NCBI GenBank assembly: GCA_029288895.1
Contig: JARIGK010000001.1
Span: forward strand, 1,446 to 65,445
DNA: 64,000 bases
Direction: 5' to 3'
Origin: Candidatus Adlerbacteria bacterium
Lineage (GTDB): Bacteria > Patescibacteriota > Minisyncoccia > Phycocordibacterales > SBAW01
A model generated the notes under the pieces. The model searched no databases. It saw nothing but the letters and a program-made list of their open reading frames with translations, and was not told the origin of the DNA. Both the position numbers and the translations under genes were made by a program. How positions within the stretch are numbered: position 1 is the stretch's first letter; every line of letters starts with the position of its first letter. This document shows positions 27,780 to 37,650 of this stretch, piece by piece.

Positions 27780-28633
27780 ACGATGTATTTCTCATATCCG
27801 ACATAGTCCGGATTTTCTATATTTGCATTCCAAAGGTAGAGCGGAAGTTTAAACACCCATGTATTTTTAAATACGTGGGTGACGTTGTAGGCGAAATCGC
27901 GCCCTGAGCCGCGGCCCGAAGGGATGCCCCATGTACGCTTATTGCGTGGGCGGAAGTAGACGCCTTTATCGATAACTTCACGATTAAACATCATACAGTT
28001 ATCTGCGCCGGGGAATGGAGTTGTGTCGCGGTAAAATAGCCTGCGCGTATAGGGAAACCATTTAATAGGAAATGGAATGAACTGGTGCAACGGTTCAAGC
28101 ATCAAGATACCGCGGCGCTGCCGTGGCAAATCATTTACTTTTTCAGGGCGAAGTACAACCTGCGCTTCGCCTTTTTCTCCAAAAATTCTTTCAACGTCGA
28201 GTTTCTTGTCTAGCAATTCGGGTTTCAGCCGTTGATACTGAATCATGACCATGGTCGCGTTGTATTTTTGTGCGAGCTTGTATTGTTCTTCGATGCGATT
28301 GGCGAGGGACGCGTCGTCGGCATCTTGTGTGGTAATCCATTCGCCTTTTGAAATTGAAAAGCCATAATTGCGTGCAGCAAAACCAGCATTGATGTCATAC
28401 CCGCGCCAGTTGGTGCGGGGCGACTTCCATGGATTGTCGTAGAATGATATGCGCGGATCTGTTTTTGCAATGTCTTTGACAATATCTTGTGTGCCGTCTG
28501 TAGAGCCATCGTCAACCACAATAATTTCTAGGTTCTTCCACGTCTGGTTTTGCATAGACTGAATCGCCCGTGCGATTCGGTCCTTTTCATTCCAGACGGG
28601 TATGACAACCGAGATAAGTTCTTGTTTAGGCAT
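27776..28633 (-). CDS. glycosyltransferase family 2
   Basis: ISVVIPVWNEKDRIARAIQSMQNQTWKNLEIIVVDDGSTDGT. Confidence 0.85.
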   Translation of the reverse strand: MPKQELISVVIPVWNEKDRIARAIQSMQNQTWKNLEIIVVDDGSTDGTQDIVKDIAKTDPRISFYDNPWKSPRTNWRGYDINAGFAARNYGFSISKGEWITTQDADDASLANRIEEQYKLAQKYNATMVMIQYQRLKPELLDKKLDVERIFGEKGEAQVVLRPEKVNDLPRQRRGILMLEPLHQFIPFPIKWFPYTRRLFYRDTTPFPGADNCMMFNREVIDKGVYFRPRNKRTWGIPSGRGSGRDFAYNVTHVFKNTWVFKLPLYLWNANIENPDYVGYEKYIV

Positions 28634-29753
28634 GTAGTGTATCTAAGAATACCCGATAGTTTTTTGCAAATTCCTCGCGTGTATGGTGCGCACGCGCATA
28701 CTCCCATGTGCGGCGAGCTCTTTCTTTGAGTGTGTCAGTAGGCAGTACCGAAAGGTTTTTTAGTGCACTCTGGAGCGTTTCAACATCTGAGTTAGGAAGT
28801 AGTGTTCCAAAATCCCCAACATCAACAGATGATTCGTAATTAACAAGTGGGATAAGCCCTGCGTGCATGCCTGTGATGACGCTACCGCCTCCGCCTTCCG
28901 AACATGAAAGAGAAACAACACCAACAGACTCGCTACATACCTGTGCAAATTCCTTACTACCTTGATCCACAAAGCCCAGCATCTTGATGTTTGGTGTGTG
29001 ATAAAGCTCTTGTGTAAACGCCTGCGCAAACGGGTCTTCTGGTGCGAGCTTGGCACACACTACTAGTGTGTAGTCTCGCATCCCCACAAAGGCTTCGAGC
29101 ACAAGGTCCAAACCTTTATGGAGTGGTCCTGCGCCGCCGATCCAGACAAATTGTTTTTTTGCAGCGTTGAAATCTTTATGTTCAGGAGAAGGGAAGAGAT
29201 GAGTTGCAGAAATAGGAATGCGGGCTATTGGTTTCTTTGCATAGGCATAGGTGTCGGTAGTAAAACGGTTACCAAGCGCTGTGCCGCACTCGGCCAATTC
29301 AAGCGTCTTAACTTCGGGGATATTTCTATCTGGTGCGAGTGTTATGCCGCGACGATGTTTAAGAGCGTCGGCGCGCATCTGCCCTGCATGATTCTGGAAC
29401 TTCGGTTCTGCGTTCGTAATATGAAATATTTTTTTACATGATGGCGGGAGAAGGGGTGCGAGGCGCTGCATATTACCTGCATTGTCGACAAAGAAATCGT
29501 AGTTCTTGCGTGGAAGAAAACTTTGGTTCGTTGAGTCGATAACATCGACCGCGTATCCGCGCTCAATAAATGCGTCGACCATATTTTTTCCTTCCCAATA
29601 ATTTGTGTGGCTATCCCACGGACCAGGGCGCAACCATGGAAGCGTAACGTACGAAAAAAGAACGGTGCCTTTTGGAGTGCCTTTGGGCGTGAGCGAGATA
29701 ACTCTGCCGTGGAGGCGAAAGAAAATCCGTTTTAAAAATTCACTACTCTGCAT
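28626..29753 (-). CDS. glycosyltransferase (GT-B, group 1-like)
   Basis: C-terminal SCSEGGGGSVITGMHAGLIPLV motif. ORF overlaps with both neighbours. Confidence 0.6.
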   Translation of the reverse strand: MQSSEFLKRIFFRLHGRVISLTPKGTPKGTVLFSYVTLPWLRPGPWDSHTNYWEGKNMVDAFIERGYAVDVIDSTNQSFLPRKNYDFFVDNAGNMQRLAPLLPPSCKKIFHITNAEPKFQNHAGQMRADALKHRRGITLAPDRNIPEVKTLELAECGTALGNRFTTDTYAYAKKPIARIPISATHLFPSPEHKDFNAAKKQFVWIGGAGPLHKGLDLVLEAFVGMRDYTLVVCAKLAPEDPFAQAFTQELYHTPNIKMLGFVDQGSKEFAQVCSESVGVVSLSCSEGGGGSVITGMHAGLIPLVNYESSVDVGDFGTLLPNSDVETLQSALKNLSVLPTDTLKERARRTWEYARAHHTREEFAKNYRVFLDTLHA

Positions 29754-31497
29754 GAGTTTTTAACCACACCTCTAAGCACAATAGCGTCCATAGTTGGTAG
29801 TACGCTTTTGGTTTCTGCCCAGCGAGTGTTTCGCGGACGAATGTCTGTATGCGTTCACGGTCGAGATACTGGTAGACGCGCGCATTCTCAAATGTCTTTT
29901 CGACATAGGCACGCAGTGTAGGCTCGGCGAGCCATTTGCGTATCGGCGCACCGAAGCCTTGTTTTTTACGGTCGACGAATTCGCGTGGCATGATATCGGC
30001 GAGCATATCTTTCAAAATAAGTTTGCCAGTCTTGCCATCGGTTTTGTATTCGATAGGTAGGTTGAATGCAAATTCGGCAAGTTTGTAGTCCAAAAATGGA
30101 CAGCGGATTTCCAAACCATGCATCATGCCCATTTCGTCGACTTTAGTAAGCAACTGGCCTTGCATGTGCGTTGTGATGTCGAACAGGTCCATCTTTTCTA
30201 CTGCGGAGCCAACAAAATTTTTAACCAATGTGTCTATCTGTTCGGTCCAAAGGTTGCCCGAATTTTTTTGGAGATTTTTGCGTAGCGAAAGAGGGAAGAC
30301 AGTGCTCTGCTTTAAGAAATCTTTGTACTGATTTGAGAATAACGCATTGCGCAGGCGGGACAGTTTGTTGGTATGCCAGTACGAGAAATAGCGGCCGTAC
30401 CCCAAGAACATTTCATCACCGCCTTCGCCCGACAGTGCCACTTTGACGTGCTTGGCAGTTTCGCGTGAGAGAAGGTGTTGCGGGAAGTCAGCAGGGTCAC
30501 CGTGTGGTTCGTCGAAGTAGGCAAGCGCGGCTTCTAGCTCGTGGATAAGGTCCGCGGATGCCTGCAGCGTTTGATGTTTGGTGCCAACTTTTTTGGCGAG
30601 CTGTTCTGCAAAGGGAAGTTCGTCTATCAAATCGCCATAACCAAGCGAAAAAGTTTGGAGCGGGCGCGTGAGTTCTTTCTGTGCGTAGGCGACAACAAGC
30701 GACGAGTCGACACCTCCCGAAAGAAATGCACCAACTTCGACATCGGCAGCGATCATGCGCTTTTTGACTGCATCAGCAAAGAGGCGCTTTGCTTCTACTT
30801 TTGCTTCGTCGTAGGAAAGAGTGAGCGGCTTTCGTTCGAGCTTCCAGTATTGGGTGACGTTGAGTGCCCCGTCTTTGTACGTTGCAGCATGGCCGCCCAA
30901 AATGGTGTGGACGTTTTTGTATATCGTGCGCCACGGCGGCACGTACATAAGCGCCAGGTATGCATCTATGCCTTGTGGGTCGATTTCTGGCTTCACCCCC
31001 GCGGCGATAAGCGCTTTGATCTCGGAGCTTACCGCAAGTTTCCCATCAGGTGTGTGTGCATAGAAAAGCGGTTTCTTTCCAAAACGGTCGCGCGCCATAA
31101 AGGCCTGTTTTTTCTCGTCATCCCAAATGACAAACGCGAACATGCCATCGAGATACTTCGGACATTCGGACCCGTACCCTTCGTATGCTTTTAAAATGAC
31201 TTCTGTGTCGGACTGGGTAGAAAATATGTAGCCTTTTTTCTCGAGTTCTGCGCGCAACTCTTTGTAGTTATAGATTTCGCCGTTAAATGTGATAGCAATA
31301 TTTTTTGCATTGTCGCGCATTGGCTGGTGGCCAGAAGGCGAGAGGTCGATGATAGCCAGGCGCGTATGGCCAAGTGCGGCGTCGCCGAACGCCATCGTGC
31401 CGTGGCTATCTGGCCCGCGATGGGCGAGCATGTTGAGCGCCTTATCAAGAGATGTGTTGCCGGCATCTGTGCCGATAATACTGATGATGCCGCACAT
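29743..31497 (-). CDS. asnB: asparagine synthase (glutamine-hydrolysing) family amidotransferase
   Basis: N-terminal MCGIISIIG (Ntn Cys2) and SGGVDSS PP-loop. Confidence 0.9.
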   Translation of the reverse strand: MCGIISIIGTDAGNTSLDKALNMLAHRGPDSHGTMAFGDAALGHTRLAIIDLSPSGHQPMRDNAKNIAITFNGEIYNYKELRAELEKKGYIFSTQSDTEVILKAYEGYGSECPKYLDGMFAFVIWDDEKKQAFMARDRFGKKPLFYAHTPDGKLAVSSEIKALIAAGVKPEIDPQGIDAYLALMYVPPWRTIYKNVHTILGGHAATYKDGALNVTQYWKLERKPLTLSYDEAKVEAKRLFADAVKKRMIAADVEVGAFLSGGVDSSLVVAYAQKELTRPLQTFSLGYGDLIDELPFAEQLAKKVGTKHQTLQASADLIHELEAALAYFDEPHGDPADFPQHLLSRETAKHVKVALSGEGGDEMFLGYGRYFSYWHTNKLSRLRNALFSNQYKDFLKQSTVFPLSLRKNLQKNSGNLWTEQIDTLVKNFVGSAVEKMDLFDITTHMQGQLLTKVDEMGMMHGLEIRCPFLDYKLAEFAFNLPIEYKTDGKTGKLILKDMLADIMPREFVDRKKQGFGAPIRKWLAEPTLRAYVEKTFENARVYQYLDRERIQTFVRETLAGQKPKAYYQLWTLLCLEVWLKTHAE

Positions 31498-31539
31498 AGT
31501 GTGAGTTCAGTATATATGACTCCTCGCTCTAGAAAAATG

Positions 31540-32145
31540 TTACATTAAGGCTTCGATTTCCCGGGCCACATCCTCTGCAGTAGGGACTGTGCCGTCTGTC
31601 CGACGCGCCAGTAAGTTTCTTACACCCTCCGGCAAATTTTTATTAAGGCCGCCTGGCAGAAAAGGCGGGGCGATTTCGTAAACACGGATGCCTTTCTCGC
31701 TCCATTGCTCGCGCAGCGCGGAGAGTAATTCGCGAAGTTTTTGTTTCGCAGGTATGTATGCACCGATGTTTTTCTCCGGCTCTGCTTTATCGAGTGATGC
31801 AGTTGTAATGCCTAGAAAAAGGGAACCATGCTTCATGTGCGGCAAAAACGTGTTGGCCAAAATTTCTGCAGCCGTGACAGTGACTGCAAACTCGTCAGCA
31901 ACTTCTTTCTCTGTTGTATCTTCGAGCGCCTTGCGTGTAGTCGCCATGCTCGCCATATGGATGACGCAATCAGGCGCGCCACGTTCTTCTAAGATTTTCT
32001 CTGTTATCTGCGTAAGAGCTGTGGCGTCTCGCACGTCGCAGATTTCTCTGCCGATATTGAATACATCAAACCCATGCGTACGGAGCATCTGCGTAACTGC
32101 ACTTCCAACGTAGCCTGAGCCGCCTGTAACTACTGCGGTTTTCAT
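31540..32145 (-). CDS. SDR-family NAD(P)-dependent oxidoreductase (short, atypical)
   Basis: TAVVTGGSGYVGSAV Rossmann motif. YxxxK-like AYIPAKQK. Confidence 0.7.
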   Translation of the reverse strand: MKTAVVTGGSGYVGSAVTQMLRTHGFDVFNIGREICDVRDATALTQITEKILEERGAPDCVIHMASMATTRKALEDTTEKEVADEFAVTVTAAEILANTFLPHMKHGSLFLGITTASLDKAEPEKNIGAYIPAKQKLRELLSALREQWSEKGIRVYEIAPPFLPGGLNKNLPEGVRNLLARRTDGTVPTAEDVAREIEALM

Positions 32146-32561
32146 AGAACTTTTGTGTAGACAGTTCCTTGGACAAGAATATCTGTGTCGCGACGGATTG
32201 TTATGTCGAGCGAAAGTATACGCCCTGCTTCGCTCTTGTGTGCAATGACGCCCTCTACCTGTACGGTGTCACCGGCGAATGCGGGGAGTTTAAATACAAG
32301 CGACTCCTGCATGAGCAGGCATCTCTTGCCTGGAATATGCATACCAACAAGTTGTGATACAAGTGCGCCGAGAAACATCCCATGCACGACGGGTTTATTA
32401 AATTGCGTTGTTGCAGCGTATTCTGCATCAGTGTGCAATGGATTATTGTCACCTGAAAGCTGCGCAAATGTAGAGACGTCGCCCGCGCTAATTGTTCGTG
32501 TTAGTGCGCATGTTTCGCCAACCACGAATGATTCAAATGTTCTGTCGGCGGCTTGGTTCAT
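32142..32561 (-). CDS. MaoC-like (R)-hydratase/dehydratase, hotdog fold
   Basis: GDNNPLHTD...PVVHGMFLGALVSQLVG motif of MaoC/PhaJ dehydratases. Confidence 0.8.
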   Translation of the reverse strand: MNQAADRTFESFVVGETCALTRTISAGDVSTFAQLSGDNNPLHTDAEYAATTQFNKPVVHGMFLGALVSQLVGMHIPGKRCLLMQESLVFKLPAFAGDTVQVEGVIAHKSEAGRILSLDITIRRDTDILVQGTVYTKVL

Positions 32562-32788
32562 ACATTCGCACCCTTTGTTTTCAGGGCTGTACGCACGGCG
32601 CCCAAACTTTCAGCAGAGAGCACTTCGTCCATGGTGAATGTGACGTTATATTCTTTCTCGAGTTCTGCAATAAAAAGCAGATAATTCATGGAGTCCCAAT
32701 CAGGTACGTCCTTGGGTGTGAGGACGTCACTAATATTCTCGCGAGGGATATGCAGCTGTTCGAACACAATATCTTCAAATGATTTCAT
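32558..32788 (-). CDS. acyl/peptidyl carrier protein (DltC/ACP-like)
   Basis: 76 aa with DVPDWDSMNYLLFIAELE, the DSL/DSM phosphopantetheine-attachment motif. Confidence 0.7.
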   Translation of the reverse strand: MKSFEDIVFEQLHIPRENISDVLTPKDVPDWDSMNYLLFIAELEKEYNVTFTMDEVLSAESLGAVRTALKTKGANV

Positions 32789-32794
32789 ACGGTG

Positions 32795-33838
32795 TTATGT
32801 AATAGTAATCCATTCTGGCTTGTGCACATCATGCGCATCCAACATGCCATTGTTGAAGCGTGTCTCGGCAAATGTGCGAGCAGGTTCATTTTTCTCACTT
32901 GGTACGACAGGCAAGGCAAGCATGTGTGCACCTTCTGCCTGTGCAGCTTGTGCAATAGCGTACAGTAAGGCGTCCTCGATGCCTCGTTCAAATACGCGGC
33001 AGCTCATAAGCATAGTTTCAATGACCCAGGTAGTCTCTTCTTTTGTAACTATCGCGAGCGCCACAATACCGTGGTCGCCGAAGCGGTCGAGTGCGTGCGC
33101 ATGGAAGACTTCGTGTAAGCCATCCTGCATAAAGCTGTGCAGTGTATCTTCCGAGTGAGGGATTTTATTGGTATTGAATTGATTTGTTTTTTCAGTCATC
33201 TGCGCAAGGCGTGCGAGGGCGCTTTCGTCGTTGCGCCCGATGCGAACTTCTAACGACAAACTTTTCAAAAATTCATTCTTATTCTCGAACTTCTTTTCTG
33301 CCTCGCGGCGCAGGCGTTCAGTAACATACATATTGCCGCGCATCTTGTCCTCGTCCGTTACGGCGTTTGATGCAAAGTAGGGGAGCGAATGCAACATGCG
33401 CGTGTACTCGCGTGGGTCCGCCGGGAGGTCAGGCACGGCAACGTCCGGAAGTGCTGTACGCACGAGCTCGCGCTCAACAGGGTTGTCGTCGAGGAACACC
33501 ATCGAGTCAAGCCCGATGTTTAGCTCTTGTGCGAGTTCTTTGATATTTTCTGCCTTTTCTTTCCAGTTAATGCGATGTGCTGCAAAATGCGGCTCTTTCA
33601 AAATCATGTTCGGATGCGTGCGGATGGCGTCGAGCGCATCTGCTTCGTTATTTTTACTGCTGATTGCAAGCAAGATGCCACGGTCGTACAGATCACGCAG
33701 CGCCTGCTGAAACGATACAAATGATGCGCCGGGTTCTTCAAGCGAGAGCGCTATACCGTTTATGCCGTCTTCGCCAACGACGCCGCCCCAGAGCGTATTA
33801 TCCAAATCAAGCACAATGCATTTCTTTTGCTCAGCCAT
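32795..33838 (-). CDS. FkbH-like domain protein (HAD-superfamily IIIC phosphatase plus C-terminal GNAT-like transferase domain)
   Basis: N-terminal KCIVLDLDNTLWGGVVGEDG HAD motif I, SSKN motif II, VFLDDNPVERE motif III, and a C-terminal domain of roughly 150 aa. Confidence 0.75.
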   Translation of the reverse strand: MAEQKKCIVLDLDNTLWGGVVGEDGINGIALSLEEPGASFVSFQQALRDLYDRGILLAISSKNNEADALDAIRTHPNMILKEPHFAAHRINWKEKAENIKELAQELNIGLDSMVFLDDNPVERELVRTALPDVAVPDLPADPREYTRMLHSLPYFASNAVTDEDKMRGNMYVTERLRREAEKKFENKNEFLKSLSLEVRIGRNDESALARLAQMTEKTNQFNTNKIPHSEDTLHSFMQDGLHEVFHAHALDRFGDHGIVALAIVTKEETTWVIETMLMSCRVFERGIEDALLYAIAQAAQAEGAHMLALPVVPSEKNEPARTFAETRFNNGMLDAHDVHKPEWITIT

Positions 33839-33841
33839 ATT

Positions 33842-34171
33842 TTAGTGTGCTACTGCAACTGCTGTGGCGAGTGTGTCAGTGTGAGAAATCGAAATAGAGA
33901 CCAGGTCACTCTTTGTGCCGCCAAACCACACTTCTGGTTTACCACTTTCGTTGCGACGTATCTCGATATCTTTAAATAACGAAAAATCTCCCGTTGCTTT
34001 GCGAACGGCTTCTTTTGCTGCAAACGTACCTGCAAAATGCACTGCTTTGTTTGTGTAGGAATTACAGTACTCCTGTTCGAGTTTTGAAAATGTATTGTCC
34101 ATAAATTGCTGCTGGCCCAAGGCCTGTTCCATGCGTGCAACTTCCACCAAGTCTATACCGACGCCTGCCAT
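33842..34171 (-). CDS. acpS: holo-[acyl-carrier-protein] synthase (4'-phosphopantetheinyl transferase)
   Basis: MAGVGIDLVEVARM...FAAKEAVRKA...ISISHT: classic AcpS motifs in 109 aa. Confidence 0.85.
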   Translation of the reverse strand: MAGVGIDLVEVARMEQALGQQQFMDNTFSKLEQEYCNSYTNKAVHFAGTFAAKEAVRKATGDFSLFKDIEIRRNESGKPEVWFGGTKSDLVSISISHTDTLATAVAVAH

Positions 34172-34189
34172 AGCTGTGCCGCTATGATA

Positions 34190-35182
34190 CTAGTTCGAGG
34201 AGACTTTTAAAAGTTTAGGAAGGAGTGGTGTAATGATGCGTATCATCTCTTGTGTCCGAGCCTCTTTCCCGGCCTCATTTGGATGTTCCGCATCGAGGTA
34301 CATCGAATACGGAAAGGCAAAATCATCCTCTGTCCCAAGTACTGTGCTTGTGCCAATTGCATTTTGTATTTGTTCTATCTGGGCAGCAATAAGTGCGGTG
34401 TTTGCCGCGACGATCTCTTCTGGGGCGCTCGGCGGCATATAGAACACATGAATACCACGTGCCTGTGATTGTTGAACAAATGACTTCATGTCCGCCAACA
34501 CGCCTGAATCTACAGGACTGATAAAACCTGCAGCATCTGCATATGCGGCTTCACGTGTCATATGCTTCTCTCCTGCAAGCTCGGTATTAACATCGCCATA
34601 GTTATTAAATGCCTCGAGCGTGTTCATTCTGTCGGCCGCAGTAAGGGTGCGATGAGGGAAGAAGAGTGCCAGATAAAATTTATATGCTTGTGCCTGCAAC
34701 CATGATGGTGAGTGCCGTAGCATCACAACAATGGTATGAAGCGACAGCACAGCGCGCGCCTGTTCAGGATTTGAATGCAGCATTTCAAGTAGATAAAACC
34801 CATCACCATAGTCTGGCTGCTGCAATACGACGTGTTCGGGGCTAAGTACGACGATATCGCCCGGTCGGAGATTGTCCGTAAGTTCGTGCAGCATAAACTT
34901 CAATCCCAATGCACCATATATACCCATGTTGATGGGATGGAGGCCCGTTTCTTTTTCTATAAGAGGTGAGTCTATACCAAGTGCAACACCCGAGCCTCCA
35001 ACAAAAATAATTCGCGGGCTTTCTGTTGTATCGAGTAAGGCAATTTTTTCTTTAAGACTCGACGCGTAATCGTGTGAGTTGTAACTCACAGCCCACACTC
35101 CTGCACAAAATAAGAGTATAAGTAAAAAACATCCTACAGCTTCTCCTGCGTACACAAGAAATTGTGAGAATTCGCTCCGCAT
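34190..35182 (-). CDS. DltD/AlgJ-like SGNH-fold protein, membrane-anchored, paralogue 1
   Basis: N-terminal TM helix followed by a periplasmic/extracellular domain of about 300 aa with the DltD-like IIFVGGSG block. Confidence 0.5.
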   Translation of the reverse strand: MRSEFSQFLVYAGEAVGCFLLILLFCAGVWAVSYNSHDYASSLKEKIALLDTTESPRIIFVGGSGVALGIDSPLIEKETGLHPINMGIYGALGLKFMLHELTDNLRPGDIVVLSPEHVVLQQPDYGDGFYLLEMLHSNPEQARAVLSLHTIVVMLRHSPSWLQAQAYKFYLALFFPHRTLTAADRMNTLEAFNNYGDVNTELAGEKHMTREAAYADAAGFISPVDSGVLADMKSFVQQSQARGIHVFYMPPSAPEEIVAANTALIAAQIEQIQNAIGTSTVLGTEDDFAFPYSMYLDAEHPNEAGKEARTQEMIRIITPLLPKLLKVSSN

Positions 35183-35187
35183 AGCAA

Positions 35188-36180
35188 CTATTGCTTTTTC
35201 AAGCGTGACATAAGAAGCGGTAGAAGTTTTGCAGTGTATTCTTTTCTACCCTGATCGGTTAAGTGAGAAGATGTATCTAAAAATTCCGTGTCCGGCATTA
35301 CAAATGTGCTTATGGTGCCTACGAGAATGCTTGTGCCGAGCTCATTCTCGACCTGCGTCTCGCGTGCTGCAGCGCGCGTAGGGTTGGCGTCATAGACAGA
35401 CTGTGCGAGGGGAGGCCATACAACAAGAACATGCACGCCACGCGTTTGTAGGTTCTGTATTGTGTGGGCAAGATAGGAGAGTGTTTGTGGATCCGCGCCG
35501 CGGTCGCCTATTTGTCCCGCATCGTTTGTAAGAACCTCTGCCGTTGTTAGATGTGCGTCGCCAGCGACGGTTGATATGGTGTCGCCATAGATATTAAAGT
35601 TATGCTTGCTGTATAACAAAACACTTAGCGGTTTTGGTTGTGCGCAGAACGGTAGCCCAGATCTCAAACAAAGTGCGTTTGCTTTTTCCTGCATCCAATT
35701 GGGAAGGTGTCGCACCATAACAACAATGCCGTGCGGTGTTGCTCCTGTTGGGATGTATTGCGGGTTTGCTTGCAGCGTGTCGAGCAATGCTGCGCCATCG
35801 CCGTAATAGGGTTGCTGGATTACCTGCTCCTCCATTAGATATAGGATAGTGTCGCCAGCATGTAATCTGCTATCTATCGACGCAAACATAAATCGCAATC
35901 CGAGCCCGGCCGAAGAGCCCATGTTGACGGGGTTGTAGTGCGTTTTGTCGTAGATCATTTGAGAGTCGATATCCATTGCGCCGCTTGAACCCGCAACAAC
36001 AATAATGCGTGGATCAGGTGCCGTGGCCATGCGCGTATCTTTTGGGGAAAGATTGTAATACGAATCGTGGTTATAGCTTATGACAGCAAGAAAGAGTACG
36101 AACGAGCATACCAGCATGGCGCATCCGACCATAGAGAATACGAAGCGTGCAAACTGCTTCCGCTCATCTGAGAACATCAT
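35188..36180 (-). CDS. DltD/AlgJ-like SGNH-fold protein, membrane-anchored, paralogue 2
   Basis: Same architecture and recognisable similarity to 34190..35182 (IIVVAGSSGAMDID vs IIFVGGSGVALGID; VHVLVVWPPLAQSVYDANP vs IHVFYMPPSAPEEIVAANT). The start was set at an internal ATG to avoid overlap with the MBOAT gene. Confidence 0.5.
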   Translation of the reverse strand: MMFSDERKQFARFVFSMVGCAMLVCSFVLFLAVISYNHDSYYNLSPKDTRMATAPDPRIIVVAGSSGAMDIDSQMIYDKTHYNPVNMGSSAGLGLRFMFASIDSRLHAGDTILYLMEEQVIQQPYYGDGAALLDTLQANPQYIPTGATPHGIVVMVRHLPNWMQEKANALCLRSGLPFCAQPKPLSVLLYSKHNFNIYGDTISTVAGDAHLTTAEVLTNDAGQIGDRGADPQTLSYLAHTIQNLQTRGVHVLVVWPPLAQSVYDANPTRAAARETQVENELGTSILVGTISTFVMPDTEFLDTSSHLTDQGRKEYTAKLLPLLMSRLKKQ

Positions 36181-36185
36181 GAGAT

Positions 36186-37643
36186 TTAGAATTGGAAGTA
36201 AATAAACTGTACGCCCGAGCTGAATGAGCCCAAAAGTAAAATGGCACAAATAGCCCCTGCGTAGAGAGTCATGCGTGCAAATTCAGGAGTGCGTATGAGA
36301 CGCGGTATAAGTACGCCACGCGCGTGCAATGCTTCGACTAGCTCAAGTGCGACAATGCCCGCTAGGCCAACGATGGTTGGCCATATAGCGCTGTCCATAA
36401 ACACAACGTGGGAGAGTCCTGCGACTGACGTAAGGCTTGCAAAAAACGATGGGATGCCACGGCCAAGGCCTGCAAGTATAGAAAGTGCAATGTTGATTGT
36501 GGGCGAGCGGAAAAATACATAGGTGGTACAGACAAGAGCGAATACGGTGAGTTGTTTTAAGAATCGTGGTGTGTGGATATACGTCGAGCGCCATCTGCCG
36601 GTGAGGCCGCCGACGACGAGATACATACCATGGAGTGCGCCAAATACGACATACGTCCAATTTGCGCCATGCCAAAGGCCGATGAGTGTAAGCGTTACAA
36701 AGAGACTTGTGTAAATCCGGGTTGGTGTGATGCGTTTGCTGCTAAATACCAGTGGTTGGTAGAGATATTCGCGTAACCAACTTGTGAGCGAGATATGCCA
36801 ACGATTCCAAAAATCTGTCATTGATATTGCATGGAATGGGCGATTGAAGTTGATCATCAACTCATAGCCAAAGAATCGTGCAGCGCCCCGCGCAATGTCG
36901 GTGTAGCCAGAAAAGTCGCAATAGATCTGATAGGCAAATAGTGCTGTTGCAAGTACGAGGCTGGGCCCGGGGTACAGAGACGAGTGTGCGTACACGGCGC
37001 TCACCGCCGTGGCTATATTGTCGGCGATGACCAATTTTTTAAAGAAGCCCCAAAGCATGAGACGCGTGCCGCTTTGTGCCATCTCAAGGGAGAATTGGCG
37101 ACCTTCGACAATTTGTTTGAGCAACCCCTGCGGGCGTTCAATGGGGCCTGCAGCCAGCTGCGGGAAGAAGCTCACATATAGCGCGAACTTTCCAAAATGT
37201 TTTACAGGAGTGAATTTGCGACGGTACACCTCTATGGTGTAGCTCATGCTTTGGAATATATGGAAGGAGATGCCAATCGGCAGAATTATATTCAAAAGCG
37301 GGAAATGTGTTGCGATGCCAGCAGCGCCCAGCACTTCGTGGAGCGATGTAAAAAAGAAGTTGAAGTATTTAAAGTAGAACAAAATACCCAGGTTGGCACA
37401 TATACTTGCTGCCAAGTAGAGGCGGCGGCGGTGTTCATTCTGGTCGGCGCCCATAGCGAGGCCGGCGACATAATCTATGCAGGTAATGGCAAACAAAAGC
37501 AATCCGTAGGATGCTTTAAATGCCATATAGAAGATATAGCTTGCGATGAGCAGCGGTACCCAGCGAAAACGCTTGGGAGTAAGCATCCATAACACAAGAA
37601 CAGTTGGGAAGAAGAAGACGAAGCGTACGTCGACAAAGCTCAT
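36186..37643 (-). CDS. MBOAT-family membrane-bound O-acyltransferase (DltB/AlgI-like)
   Basis: Multi-pass membrane protein with MBOAT hallmarks: the WHISLTSWLREYLYQPL region containing the conserved His, and FRSP-type segments. Confidence 0.85.
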   Translation of the reverse strand: MSFVDVRFVFFFPTVLVLWMLTPKRFRWVPLLIASYIFYMAFKASYGLLLFAITCIDYVAGLAMGADQNEHRRRLYLAASICANLGILFYFKYFNFFFTSLHEVLGAAGIATHFPLLNIILPIGISFHIFQSMSYTIEVYRRKFTPVKHFGKFALYVSFFPQLAAGPIERPQGLLKQIVEGRQFSLEMAQSGTRLMLWGFFKKLVIADNIATAVSAVYAHSSLYPGPSLVLATALFAYQIYCDFSGYTDIARGAARFFGYELMINFNRPFHAISMTDFWNRWHISLTSWLREYLYQPLVFSSKRITPTRIYTSLFVTLTLIGLWHGANWTYVVFGALHGMYLVVGGLTGRWRSTYIHTPRFLKQLTVFALVCTTYVFFRSPTINIALSILAGLGRGIPSFFASLTSVAGLSHVVFMDSAIWPTIVGLAGIVALELVEALHARGVLIPRLIRTPEFARMTLYAGAICAILLLGSFSSGVQFIYFQF

Positions 37644-37650
37644 AAGTAGA

